From the NCBI GenBank assembly GCA_038323195.1, contig JBBQGQ010000017.1, positions 5 to 64,004 of the forward strand: a stretch of DNA of 64,000 nucleotides, given 5' to 3'. Shown one piece after another: positions 55,304 to 64,000 of this stretch. The stretch comes from Acidimicrobiia bacterium. GTDB lineage: Bacteria; Actinomycetota; Acidimicrobiia; IMCC26256; PALSA-610. Every line of letters starts with the position of its first letter. Positions within the stretch are counted from its first letter, which is position 1. A program made the translations under genes and the position numbers. A model generated the notes under the pieces. It did no database searches. It was not told the origin of the DNA and saw only the letters and a list, made by a program, of their open reading frames with translations.

Positions 55304-56598
55304 CGCCACGACCCTTGCGGCTCCGGTACCGGCAGGGCGGCCGGCGCATCGAATGCCGCGCACGGGCCGCGTGTGCCGTGCTCGGCCATGTGCTCGGCGA
55401 ACACCGTGAAGCCGCTCGCGACGAAGCGCACGGCGCCGTCGGGGAGCTTGCACGCGCCGCGCCCGGCAACCATCCCGAACCAACGGCGGGCGGCGGCCTC
55501 GGCACTCCCGTCCGGGTCGGAACCTCCCGCCATGTGCTCGACCGCACCGGCGATCGCGGGCAGGCCGTTCGCGCATGCTCCGCACTGGCCGGCCGACTGG
55601 CTCGCGAGCCACCGCGTCACGCGGGCGAGCTCTCCGAGCGGGCACGAGGCGCGTGTCAGGGTCGCGACCGCTCCGCAGCCCAGACCCGCGCCCATCGCCT
55701 TCAGGTCGTCGGCCGACAGCGTCACCATTGCTGCCTGTCGCGGCGTCAGCCACGTGCCGAAGTATCCGCCAACCAGCACGCCCATCACGTCGTGCGCGCC
55801 CGCGTTGCGTAGCACGCGACGCAAGGGTGTACCGAGTGGAACTTCGTAGACCCCGGGACGCGTGACGCCGCTGAGCGTCACCAGCATCGTGCCCGGATCG
55901 GCTTCGGTGCCCGAGCTGCGCCACCACGGCGCACCGAAACGCGCGATGAGCGCGATATGGGCGAGCGTCTCGACGTTGTCGACGAGGGTGGGTCGACGAT
56001 CGACGCCGCGCTCGAACGGTCGCGGAGGAGTGAAGGTGGGTTTTGCCTCGCCGCCGTTGAGCCAGTTGACGAGCGCCGTCTCCTCGCCGGCGACGTAGCG
56101 GGCCGGCGCGGGCGCGACCCGCAGAGTGATGCCGTCGGGCTCGCGTCGACGCTCGTCGATCGCCCGGTCGAGTGCGTGCAGCACGGGGCCGGCGCTGCGC
56201 TCGACGCACACGACGGCCTCGTCGGCGCCGACCGCATGCGCCGCCGCGACCATGCCGTCGAGCACGAGGTGCGGGGCGTGCACGAGCAGCGTCTTGTCCT
56301 TCGCGCTGAGCGGCTCGCCTTCGGTGCCGTTCGCGACGACGATCGGCGTCCGGCCGTGGATGATGCGGGCGCCGCGGGCGCGCACCGCTTCCATCTTCGT
56401 CGCGGTCGGGAAGCCCGCGCCGCCGCGTCCGCGCAGACCGGCGCGCTCGACCTCGCCGATCAGCAGCCGGGCCCCCGCGAGCCGGGGGGCAGGGCCCAGA
56501 CGTGCAAGGTGATCGACGAGGCGAGCGGCCGAAGGCTGCGGTAGGAGCCGGGGTTCGTCGGATGCGCGGGCTGCGGACGGCTCGGCAACGGCGATCAT
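55300..56598 (-). CDS. NuoF-like (51-kDa subunit-like) NAD(P)H/FMN-binding iron-sulfur protein
   Basis: GRGGAGFPTATK, ANGTEGEPLSAKDK and the Cys cluster QCGAC...GRGAC. ATGA overlaps at both ends. Confidence 0.8.
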   Translation of the reverse strand: MIAVAEPSAARASDEPRLLPQPSAARLVDHLARLGPAPRLAGARLLIGEVERAGLRGRGGAGFPTATKMEAVRARGARIIHGRTPIVVANGTEGEPLSAKDKTLLVHAPHLVLDGMVAAAHAVGADEAVVCVERSAGPVLHALDRAIDERRREPDGITLRVAPAPARYVAGEETALVNWLNGGEAKPTFTPPRPFERGVDRRPTLVDNVETLAHIALIARFGAPWWRSSGTEADPGTMLVTLSGVTRPGVYEVPLGTPLRRVLRNAGAHDVMGVLVGGYFGTWLTPRQAAMVTLSADDLKAMGAGLGCGAVATLTRASCPLGELARVTRWLASQSAGQCGACANGLPAIAGAVEHMAGGSDPDGSAEAAARRWFGMVAGRGACKLPDGAVRFVASGFTVFAEHMAEHGTRGPCAAFDAPAALPVPEPQGSWR

Positions 56599-57185
56599 CG
56601 CGTGGCTCCTCGAATCGTGACCCGGCGCGTCGATGCAGATGAGGGAGAGAGGATCGATGCGCTGACCCGCCACCCGACGCCCGCGAGCACGAGCGCCGCG
56701 CACGCGATGTAGACGGCACGCGCCCAGGTTGTGGCCGCGTCGGTTCCCGAGCTCAGTCCGTGCAACATCGCGACCGGCCAGCAGGCGTACGCGCTCCAGT
56801 GCACCGCGCGCCAGACGCGGTAGCCGATGCGCGCCCGCAGGAGGCTGGTGATCACGAGCGCGGCGAGCAGATCGATCGCAACCACGCCGAGCCCGATTCC
56901 GAGCGGGCGGTATCCACCGGTGAACGGTACGATCGCGTTCAGCAGGTGCACCGGTGATACGGGATCGAGCAGCGTCGTCGCAACGTGGATCGCGAGGAAG
57001 ACGACCGCGAGCAGCGAGATGTTCTTGTGCAGTCCGGCCGTCACGAATCGCGGCCAACGAGGTGCGCTCCAGCGCATCGTCGTGAGGATCCCGAGGACGA
57101 CGCTGACGGTGAGCATGACGACCGCGACGAACCCCGTCCCGCGGGCTGTGTACCAGAGGGTCGAGCTCGGGACGAGTGCGCCCAT
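56595..57185 (-). CDS. Ferric-reductase-like transmembrane (di-haem b, MsrQ/YedZ-like) protein
   Basis: Six TM segments with conserved His in GLHKNIS, AIHVATT, AVHWSAY and AMLHGL. The start was moved to ATG 57185. Confidence 0.7.
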   Translation of the reverse strand: MGALVPSSTLWYTARGTGFVAVVMLTVSVVLGILTTMRWSAPRWPRFVTAGLHKNISLLAVVFLAIHVATTLLDPVSPVHLLNAIVPFTGGYRPLGIGLGVVAIDLLAALVITSLLRARIGYRVWRAVHWSAYACWPVAMLHGLSSGTDAATTWARAVYIACAALVLAGVGWRVSASILSPSSASTRRVTIRGATR

Positions 57186-57550
57186 CACGACGCGCCGGAG
57201 GTCACCGTCGGGGCCGCGCTCGACGCTGCGACCGTGGTCGGGGTCGTACCAGACGTTCCCGACGTGCTCGCCGAGCTCGCGGGCGTCGTCGTGGACGAGT
57301 TGGACGACTTGGACGACCCCGAGGAAGCCGTCGACGAATTCGACGAGGCGGCCGTCGCTTGCTTCGCGGTCGTGGCCGCGGTGCCCGTCGTGGCGCCGGC
57401 GTGGGCGGCGAGCCCGGCGAACAGGCCCGTCCCGGTCAGGGCGCCGGCGAGCGACCACCTGGTCAGGTGCTTGATCCGCCGCAGACCGGCGTCTCGATCC
57501 TTGCGGCTTCTCGCGTTCTCGTGTGCGGGGAGGGCGGCTTGGCTGTTCAT
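57185..57550 (-). CDS. Small single-TM protein with a Ser/Thr-rich tail
   Basis: 121-aa ORF whose stop overlaps the downstream ATG by 1 nt. TM segment WSLAGALTGTGLFAGLAAHAG, then a low-complexity S/T/A tail. Confidence 0.5.
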   Translation of the reverse strand: MNSQAALPAHENARSRKDRDAGLRRIKHLTRWSLAGALTGTGLFAGLAAHAGATTGTAATTAKQATAASSNSSTASSGSSKSSNSSTTTPASSASTSGTSGTTPTTVAASSAAPTVTSGAS

Positions 57551-57610
57551 GGCGACGATCGTCGATCATGGGCCTCAGTGCCGCCTAGGGAGACGGTAAG
57601 GATTGCGACA

Positions 57611-58198
57611 ATGCTGATCCAGGCTCGGTTCGCCGATTCGATTGCCACTGGCGCGGTCACACTGACGTTCCGGCGGTGGAAACGCGCTCAGGTCGTGGCC
57701 GGCAACACGTATCGCACTGCGGCCGGGCGCATCGTGGTCGACGCGGTAGACGCGGTGGACCCCGACCGCATCTCCGACGTCGACGCGACGCGAGCAGGTT
57801 TCTCGTCGCGGGTCGAGCTGCTGGCCGGGCTGCCGGGAGCGAGCGAGCTTCCGACCTATCGCATCCGGTTCCGTCCCGCGGACGGCCCCGATCCGCGTGC
57901 GCTGCTCGCGGCGAACGTCGCCCTCTCCGACGCCGACCTCACCGAGCTCCGGCTCCGGCTCGGACGCCTCGACCGCGTGAGCTCGCACGGAAGCTGGACG
58001 GCCGCCGTCCTCGAGGCCATCGCCGAGCGGCCGGGAGTGCGCGCGGCCGATCTCGCCGCGAGCTTCGGTCGCGAGACGCAAGCCTTCAAGGTCGACGTGC
58101 GCAAGCTGAAGAACCTCGGGCTCACCTCGAGTCTCGAGATCGGCTACCGCTTGTCACCGCGCGGTGAGGCGTATCTCGCCGCGACTCACGCGTCGTAG
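57611..58198 (+). CDS. Hypothetical protein, ASCH-like N-terminus plus winged-helix-like C-terminus
   Basis: ATG 57611 in the frame of ORF 57176..58198 (MLIQARFADSIATGAVTLTFRRWKR...). The family call is tentative. Confidence 0.5.
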   Translation: MLIQARFADSIATGAVTLTFRRWKRAQVVAGNTYRTAAGRIVVDAVDAVDPDRISDVDATRAGFSSRVELLAGLPGASELPTYRIRFRPADGPDPRALLAANVALSDADLTELRLRLGRLDRVSSHGSWTAAVLEAIAERPGVRAADLAASFGRETQAFKVDVRKLKNLGLTSSLEIGYRLSPRGEAYLAATHAS

Positions 58199-59403
58199 AC
58201 GAGGATCGCGCCGCTGTAGCAGGCAACCCAGACTCGATGCTGCGTCGGTTCGTACGCGACGCCGATCGGATGATCGGGAACCGGGAAGGTGTGCACCACA
58301 CTGAGGTCGGCCGCGTTCAGCACCGACACGGTGTTCGAGGCATAGTTGACGACGTAGAGCGCGCGGCCGTCGGACGAGATCGCCATGCTGCGCGGTTGGT
58401 TGCCGGTCGCGGTGCGCCCGACCACTTGTCCGGTCGCGGTGTCGACCGCGACCACTCGGTTGTCGCCATTGAGGGTGACGAACAGGCGCCGACCGTCGTT
58501 CGAGAGCACGAGGTGGCGAGGCGAGTTGCCCACCCCGCGAAAGTACGAGAGCGCGAACGTCCGCAGGTCGATGCGGGCGACGTCGAACGATCCCATCACC
58601 GCGACGTACGCGACCTGGGCCGTGCCGTCGATTGCGATGCCGCGCGGATAGGTGCCCAAGTGGATGCGTCTCACCTCGTGCAGCGTGTTGTAGTCGAGGA
58701 TGCTGAGGTCGTAGCTGCACCAGTTGCTGACGAGCACGTATCTGTCGTCGGGAGTGACGGCGACGTACTTGGGAACCATCCCGACCTGGCCCACCGCGTC
58801 GATGGCGAGCGTCTTCAGACTCACCCGGTAGACGTAGCTCGGGCTCAGGCCGCCGGGTCCGCGGCAGTTATCTGATCCCTCGGGGCCGAAGTTCGCGCCG
58901 TACATCGAGTAGTTGGTCGCGAACATGTACCGGTGCACGTGATCGACCGCAGCCTCGACGGGCGCGCCGCGCGAAGTGCCCGGGTGGCCCGTGAATCCGA
59001 ATTGCGCGAGATCAACGGTGTCCGGGATCGTCTTCACGAGCGCGCCGGCCGCGTCGTAGACCGTCATCGTGTGCCGGTACATCATGTTCTGTGCGAACAC
59101 GAGACCGGTTCCCGTCGCGGTCACCGACTTGGGCGAGATCGCGCCGTTGACCGTGGCGACGCGGGTGAGCACGAAGTCGTCGGCCGGATTGTGGGGCACC
59201 GTCGTCGTCGTGCTCGCAGTAGTCGACGTCGAGGTCGCAACCGTCGATCGCGACGCGGATGTCGGCGAAGTGGGCTCGATGCGCACCACCGCGTGCGTCG
59301 TGTGCGCAGTGCCGGAGGAGTCGCGTCTCGCGACGACGACCGCCGCACCTACACCCAGCGCGACGACGAGCGCGATGCCCGCGCGGAGCCGGGTCGGATG
59401 CAC
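58186..59403 (-). CDS. YVTN-family beta-propeller repeat protein (membrane-anchored or secreted)
   Basis: N-terminal TM/signal segment and an S/T linker. Repeats include YVAVTPDDRYVLVSN, RHLVLSNDGRRLFVT and ALYVVNYASNTVSVL. Confidence 0.8.
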   Translation of the reverse strand: MHPTRLRAGIALVVALGVGAAVVVARRDSSGTAHTTHAVVRIEPTSPTSASRSTVATSTSTTASTTTTVPHNPADDFVLTRVATVNGAISPKSVTATGTGLVFAQNMMYRHTMTVYDAAGALVKTIPDTVDLAQFGFTGHPGTSRGAPVEAAVDHVHRYMFATNYSMYGANFGPEGSDNCRGPGGLSPSYVYRVSLKTLAIDAVGQVGMVPKYVAVTPDDRYVLVSNWCSYDLSILDYNTLHEVRRIHLGTYPRGIAIDGTAQVAYVAVMGSFDVARIDLRTFALSYFRGVGNSPRHLVLSNDGRRLFVTLNGDNRVVAVDTATGQVVGRTATGNQPRSMAISSDGRALYVVNYASNTVSVLNAADLSVVHTFPVPDHPIGVAYEPTQHRVWVACYSGAILVYDA

Positions 59404-59523
59404 GGCAAAGAGTATTACGGCCGGGCGCCGGATTGACGCGCCGCCGTCGCGCCGCGAGGCTGCAACTGCAACCGGTGTACCGGTCGGCCTGAGTCACGGT
59501 CGGCACGAACGAGGAGCCCGGAA

Positions 59524-59904
59524 ATGGATGTGCGATCGATCGTCGATGTCGAGCCGGAGGTCGAGCACAACGGGACGGTCCCGGTCTGGTATCTCGTGCA
59601 CCCGCGGGAGATGAAGGACCTGACCGAGGGTGGCCACCTCGAGCTGGTCAACGAGTTCGAGGTCGCGAGCGGTGGTTTCGTGTTCCCGCACTCGCATCCG
59701 ACGCACGAGTTCTATTTCGTGATGTCGGGCCGAGGCGTGATGACGATCGACGGCGAGGACCGCGACGTTTCGCCCGGCGATCTCGTGTACATCCCTCCGG
59801 ACACGATCCACAGCCTGCGCCCCACTGGTGGTGGTGCGATCCATTGCTTCTGCTTCGCGGTCGCGGTGAAGGGCGCTCCGGAGATCGACTACACGTCACA
59901 CTGA
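59524..59904 (+). CDS. Cupin domain protein
   Basis: GGFVFPHSHPTHEFYFVMSG and GDLVYIPPDTIHSL. GAGGAG SD upstream. Confidence 0.85.
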   Translation: MDVRSIVDVEPEVEHNGTVPVWYLVHPREMKDLTEGGHLELVNEFEVASGGFVFPHSHPTHEFYFVMSGRGVMTIDGEDRDVSPGDLVYIPPDTIHSLRPTGGGAIHCFCFAVAVKGAPEIDYTSH

Positions 59905-59923
59905 GACGTTCGCTGAGGCGAGG

Positions 59924-61504
59924 TCAGCCGGGACAGGGGGTTCCCGCGAGCGACTGCGTGAGCGTGACCGAGCCCAACGGCAGGTCGTGCAATCGGGTCC
60001 ACCCGTCGTCGGTCGACGCCGCGCAGCCGCCGGGATGCACCGACCAATGGCTGGTGGCGCGTACGCGCACGACGAGGTCGTCCGGACCCGAGACCGTGAG
60101 CGTCACTCGGTCGGGCGACATCGACTGCAGCGTGGCCGGCCCGTCGACCAAGCCGGCGAAGTCGTCGACCCGCCAGACGCGCCAGTGCGCGTCGTGCCAC
60201 ATCGCGTGGAGGTACGGGAGTCCGCTCGAGATCAGTGCGCGCTCGGCGATCGAAGAATCGTCGAGCCGCGCGTCGGGCAGCGCGACGAACTTCACGCCGT
60301 TGGCGTGTAACCAAGTGTGGTAGCTCGTGGCGGTGAGCGGGTCCGAGTAGAAGATGGGGTTGTACGCGATGTCGAGCTGACGCTCCCATCCGCGCGCGAG
60401 CAGCACGTGTGGTGCCGCGTACGCGACCTCCCAGTGGCGATAGGTCGAGGGAATCTCGACGCGTCCGAGCGCGCCTCCCTGATCTCCCAGGTATGCGAGG
60501 AGCGGCGTGTAGTACGCGGCGCGGGTCGACGGGTCGGTGTTCGCGAAGGCGATGCCGTCGACGGCAGGGAACCACTGCCAGATGAGCAGTGGGATCGCGA
60601 TCACGGCGAGCGCCAGCCGCCGTCGGGGCAGGAGCGCGCACGCGAGCAGCGGGCCCGCGATGTACTGGCCGAGCCGGCTGACATTGCCGCCCAGCGCAGT
60701 CGGCAGGATGAACGACCCGATCGCGACCAGCGCGAAGCACGCTGCTCCCCATCGCGCCGCGGAGTGGCGTCGCAGCGCGATCGCCACGATGAGGCAGAGG
60801 ATCAGGTCCCAGACGAGCGCCCACGGCTCGTAGGGCTCGGAGCCCGCAGTGGGGAACAGGAGCGCAACGGTGGCAATCGGCGCGAGCGCACCGAGCAGGA
60901 GCGCAAGCGCGGGCCCGCGTTGCTCCCGCTGGGAAGCGGCCCACGCGACGGCCACGATCGCGAGGAAGCATCCGGCGAGCGGGCTCGCGAGCGAGCACAG
61001 CACCGCGCCGCCGACCGCGACGACCGGCTTGCGATGCTGCAGCGCGTAGATCGCGCCGAGGGCGAGCGCGACCCCGAACGCATACGTCGTGCGACCGACG
61101 ATGAGATTGGTGACGGTGGCCGACGCGAACCAGAGGCTGCCGAGCCACGCGACCGAGCCGAACGCGAACCGGAGAACGCGTTCGAAGACGAGGGCCGAGG
61201 CGATGCCGCTGACCGCGCCGAGCGCGATCGGCCCGATCGGCGCGCTGATCGCGGGTGCGATCACGCTGTAACCGAGCAGCGCGTGTCCGCCGAACCATTG
61301 ACTGTTCCAGAGCACGAATCCGTCTCGGCGAACGAGCTCGGCGCGAAAGATCTGCGCGGGGAGATCCGACCCCCGCCAGCCGAGCATGACCGCGAGGAGC
61401 GCGAGCACGGCCGCGACGGACACGACCGCGGCCACCGTGGGCCAGCCCTCGACGTGCGGTGCTCGGCGCGAGCGCGTCGCCACCGCGAAGGTGCCGCTCA
61501 CCAC
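59924..61504 (-). CDS. Polytopic membrane protein, possible GT-C-type glycosyltransferase
   Basis: 526 aa with about 11 TM segments followed by a soluble C-terminal domain of about 150 aa. The function is a guess from the architecture. Confidence 0.6.
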   Translation of the reverse strand: MVSGTFAVATRSRRAPHVEGWPTVAAVVSVAAVLALLAVMLGWRGSDLPAQIFRAELVRRDGFVLWNSQWFGGHALLGYSVIAPAISAPIGPIALGAVSGIASALVFERVLRFAFGSVAWLGSLWFASATVTNLIVGRTTYAFGVALALGAIYALQHRKPVVAVGGAVLCSLASPLAGCFLAIVAVAWAASQREQRGPALALLLGALAPIATVALLFPTAGSEPYEPWALVWDLILCLIVAIALRRHSAARWGAACFALVAIGSFILPTALGGNVSRLGQYIAGPLLACALLPRRRLALAVIAIPLLIWQWFPAVDGIAFANTDPSTRAAYYTPLLAYLGDQGGALGRVEIPSTYRHWEVAYAAPHVLLARGWERQLDIAYNPIFYSDPLTATSYHTWLHANGVKFVALPDARLDDSSIAERALISSGLPYLHAMWHDAHWRVWRVDDFAGLVDGPATLQSMSPDRVTLTVSGPDDLVVRVRATSHWSVHPGGCAASTDDGWTRLHDLPLGSVTLTQSLAGTPCPG

Positions 61505-61638
61505 GGACCTTCCGCGCGGCCGACGACTCGCGATGTGCCAACGACTGGGCTTCGCACTCCGGTTGGACGGTAATCGGCATGGTCCGCGGCGGACCGAATG
61601 CGCCGCCGTGACCGGGCGAGGGCATCCGCCCTGGTAGT

Positions 61639-61659
61639 CAGATTCTGCTCATGAATCTG
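61639..61659. promoter_or_regulatory. Palindrome CAGATTC-N7-GAATCTG upstream of amt (candidate operator)
   Basis: Direct reading. It is an AT-rich island about 130 nt upstream of GTG 61787. Confidence 0.35.
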
Positions 61660-61786
61660 CATCGGACCGTTCACGCTTTCGGCTGGATCGCGTCAGAACC
61701 CACTCATAGAGTCGCCAGAATTGCACACCGGGGGGCCGTTCCAACGGTCGCCCGGCCATCAGAGCAGCGTCGGCTTGGGAGGCACT

Positions 61787-63334
61787 GTGAGAGTTCTGCG
61801 ACCGCGTCGCTTGGTCGTCGTCGCCCTGTTGGCCCTCCTGGTCGTGCTCGTCACCGGGTCGGCCGCCGGCGCGTCCGACCCGCTCCCGCCGACGATCAAC
61901 GGCGGGGCCGGCGGCCTCGGCATCAGCACGAACCTGTTGTGGATCTGTGTGGGCGGTGCCCTCGTCATGTTCATGCAGGGCGGCTTCGCGCTGGTGGAGA
62001 CGGGCTTCACCCGCAAGAAGAACGCCGCGCACACGATGGGCATGAACGTGGCGATCTTCGGCACCGCGTTCGCCGCGTTCTTCGTGATCGGCTTCGCGTT
62101 GATGTTCGGCGGGTACTCGTTCCCCAATTTGTTCGGCTACGACACCGCTGTCGGCAGCGGGCTGATCGGCAGCGGCAACTGGGTGTTGCTGTGGAAGGCC
62201 CCGCTGTTCATGTCGGGGAAGGCGTCGACGGTCGCGGTGCTCGCGTACTTCTTCTACATGGCGGCGTTCATGGACGCGACGGCGACCATCCCGACGGGCG
62301 CCATGGCCGAGCGTTGGAAGTGGAACAACTTCGTCGTGTGGGGTTTCTTCTGCGGCGCGATCTACTACCCATTGTTCGGCGCGTGGACGTGGGGCGGAGG
62401 TTGGCTCGCCAAGCTCGGCGCGAGCGCGAACCTCGGCCACGGGTACGTCGACTTCGCCGGTTCCGGCGTCGTGCACGCCATGGGTGGTGTTGCCGCGCTC
62501 GCGGGTGCGATCGTGCTCGGTCCGCGCATCGGCAAGTACCGCAAGGACGGCCGGCCGCAGGCGATCCCGGGTCACAACATTCCGATGGCGCTCATGGGCG
62601 TGATCATCCTGCTCTTCGGCTGGTTCGGTTTCAACGGCGCGTCGACGTTGGCAGCCACCGATACGCGCTTCGGGCTCGTCATCGCCAACACGGCGATTGC
62701 CGCGGCGTTCGGAACGGTCGTGTCGATGCTCTACGTCATGAAGCGCTTCGGCAAGCCCGACCCGGCGATGTTCGGGAACGGTCTGCTCGCGGGTCTCGTC
62801 GCGATCACCGCGCCGTGCGCGTTCGTCGAGCCGTGGGCCGCGGCCGTCATCGGGAGCATCGCCGCGGTCCTCGTCGTCGAAGCCGTGCTGTTCATCGACC
62901 GTCGCGGTGTCGACGACCCGGTCGGCGCCGTCGCAGTGCACGGGGTGAACGGCATCTGGGGAATCATCGCGCTCGGCCTGTTCGCCAACGGCCACTACGG
63001 CGGCGACTGGAACGGCACCGCAGTATCGGGCGGGACCAAGACCGCGGGCGTATGGGGCCTGTTCTACGGGCACGGCGGCGGCGGACAGCTCGGCGCGCAA
63101 CTGATCGGCGCGTTCGTTCTCTGCACGGTGATGTTCGGGATCGCCTACGCGTTCTTCCGAATCAGCGACATGGTGATGAAGGGCGGCATCCGCTCCGACC
63201 GCGACGACGAGCTCGCCGGGCTCGACCTCCCGGAGATGGGCATGCACGGCTACAACGACGAGAACCTCACCGGCTTCGAGCACGAGTACGTTCCGCGCGG
63301 TTCGAAGGCGACGGTCGACAAATCACCTTCCTGA
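61787..63334 (+). CDS. amt: Ammonium transporter (Amt family)
   Basis: GTG after GGGAGG, then a signal peptide. LVMFMQGGFALVETG, VDFAGSGVVH, FGWFGFNG and the C-terminal ELAGLDLPEMGMHGY. Confidence 0.92.
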   Translation: MRVLRPRRLVVVALLALLVVLVTGSAAGASDPLPPTINGGAGGLGISTNLLWICVGGALVMFMQGGFALVETGFTRKKNAAHTMGMNVAIFGTAFAAFFVIGFALMFGGYSFPNLFGYDTAVGSGLIGSGNWVLLWKAPLFMSGKASTVAVLAYFFYMAAFMDATATIPTGAMAERWKWNNFVVWGFFCGAIYYPLFGAWTWGGGWLAKLGASANLGHGYVDFAGSGVVHAMGGVAALAGAIVLGPRIGKYRKDGRPQAIPGHNIPMALMGVIILLFGWFGFNGASTLAATDTRFGLVIANTAIAAAFGTVVSMLYVMKRFGKPDPAMFGNGLLAGLVAITAPCAFVEPWAAAVIGSIAAVLVVEAVLFIDRRGVDDPVGAVAVHGVNGIWGIIALGLFANGHYGGDWNGTAVSGGTKTAGVWGLFYGHGGGGQLGAQLIGAFVLCTVMFGIAYAFFRISDMVMKGGIRSDRDDELAGLDLPEMGMHGYNDENLTGFEHEYVPRGSKATVDKSPS

Positions 63335-63412
63335 CGGCGCGCGGCGACGCGTCCCCGGACGCACGACAAATTCGACCGGCCGGCGGACCGGGGACAGGTA
63401 GCGTCGACCGGC

Positions 63413-64000
63413 ATGTCGGTTCCCATGGTCGAGGCGCGCGCGCTCACGAAGCGGTTCGGTCCGTTCGTCGCGGTCGACGGCATCGACTTCACGATCGAAC
63501 AAGGCGAAGCGTTCGGTTTCCTCGGTCCGAACGGTGCGGGCAAGACGTCGACGATGCGGATGATCGGTTGTGTCTCACCGCGGTCCGGCGGTGTGTTGCG
63601 CGTGCTCGGAGACGATCCGGAGGACGACGGACCGTCGATCCGGGCCCGCCTCGGGGTCGTGCCCCAGGAGGACAACCTCGACACCGAGCTGACGGTGTGG
63701 GACAACCTGATGATCTACGGTCGCTACTTCGACCTTCCGCGTGCGGAGATCCGCGAACGGGCAGCAGAGCTGCTCGAGTTCGTCCAGCTGAGCGATCGCC
63801 GCGACTCGCGTGTCGACCCACTCTCGGGCGGGATGAAACGTCGCCTCACCATCGCGCGCTCGTTGATCAACCGGCCGGAGGTCTTGTTGCTCGACGAACC
63901 GACGACGGGGCTCGATCCCCAGGCTCGACATCTCGTCTGGGACCGTCTCTACCGGCTCAAGCGCACCGGCGTGACGCTCGTGCTGACGACGCACTACATG
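63413..64000 (+). CDS. ABC transporter ATP-binding protein (DrrA/NodI-like), partial at the right edge
   Basis: Hand translation from ATG 63413 gives MSVPMVEARALTKRFGPFVAVDGIDFTIEQGEAFGFLGPNGAGKTST...LSGGMKRRLTIARSLI...LLLDEPTTGLD. It continues to the window edge. Confidence 0.85.
   Translation, partial: MSVPMVEARALTKRFGPFVAVDGIDFTIEQGEAFGFLGPNGAGKTSTMRMIGCVSPRSGGVLRVLGDDPEDDGPSIRARLGVVPQEDNLDTELTVWDNLMIYGRYFDLPRAEIRERAAELLEFVQLSDRRDSRVDPLSGGMKRRLTIARSLINRPEVLLLDEPTTGLDPQARHLVWDRLYRLKRTGVTLVLTTHYM

Noticed and set aside
58186-58198. 13-nt overlap of the 3' ends of convergent genes
   Set aside because: This is a real feature of the ORFs but common in compact high-GC genomes. No structure or motif was seen that would suggest regulation.
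61660-61786. GlnR-type boxes (gTnAc-n6-GaAAc) upstream of amt
   Set aside because: Only partial half-site matches (ttcac, agaac) are present, and they lack the required spacing. This is not convincing by eye.
61649-63283. 544-aa minus-strand ORF
   Set aside because: It is antisense to the ammonium transporter gene and has no recognisable motifs.

Overview
High-GC (about 70%), gene-dense chromosomal segment, most likely from an Actinomycetota genome. Supporting signs are LLM/F420-type oxidoreductases, a mycothiol-type DinB (TIGR03086-like) protein, an MMPL transporter, and TANNNT -10 boxes placed for leaderless mRNAs. I can support about 58 protein-coding genes (2 partial at the window edges, 2 apparent pseudogenes). 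I saw no rRNA, tRNA, CRISPR array, transposase or integrase. Many long ORFs in the six-frame track are antisense or out-of-frame shadows typical of high-GC DNA, and I rejected them.

Gene blocks, left to right:
- SCP2-type thiolase plus a Cys-free HMG-CoA-synthase-like/DUF35 fusion.
- Secreted phospholipase C/phosphoesterase with 4 FN3 domains.
- ftsH.
- Acyl-CoA cluster with 2 family-III CoA-transferases, 2 acyl-CoA dehydrogenases and a split MaoC hydratase.
- htpX.
- Five-gene MauE/MauD-like redox operon (described below).
- Lower-density segment with a frameshifted ankyrin gene, mscL and a lipoprotein.
- Orphan CoxL-like molybdopterin subunit.
- PotABCD-like ABC importer plus an amidohydrolase.
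- Assorted hydrolases and oxidoreductases.
- ECF-type transporter with a membrane-ATPase-ATPase triple fusion.
- HtrA protease, MMPL transporter and a second phosphoesterase.
- Operon of a ferric-reductase transmembrane protein, a NuoF-like protein and a 3Fe-4S-type ferredoxin.
- YVTN propeller protein, putative GT-C membrane protein, amt, and a partial ABC ATPase.

The most unusual locus is 18107-21882. It is a translationally coupled operon encoding a MauE-like membrane protein, a membrane-anchored CxxC thioredoxin, two unassigned proteins, and a cargo protein. The cargo has a Tat signal, 24 cysteines in a domain that looks like a methylamine-dehydrogenase light chain (MauA), and a fused six-blade propeller built from near-identical 126-bp repeats.

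Several intergenic short tandem repeats, a G-quadruplex-type hexamer array and AT-rich palindromes are also reported. All functional calls rest on motif recognition by eye and need profile searches to confirm.
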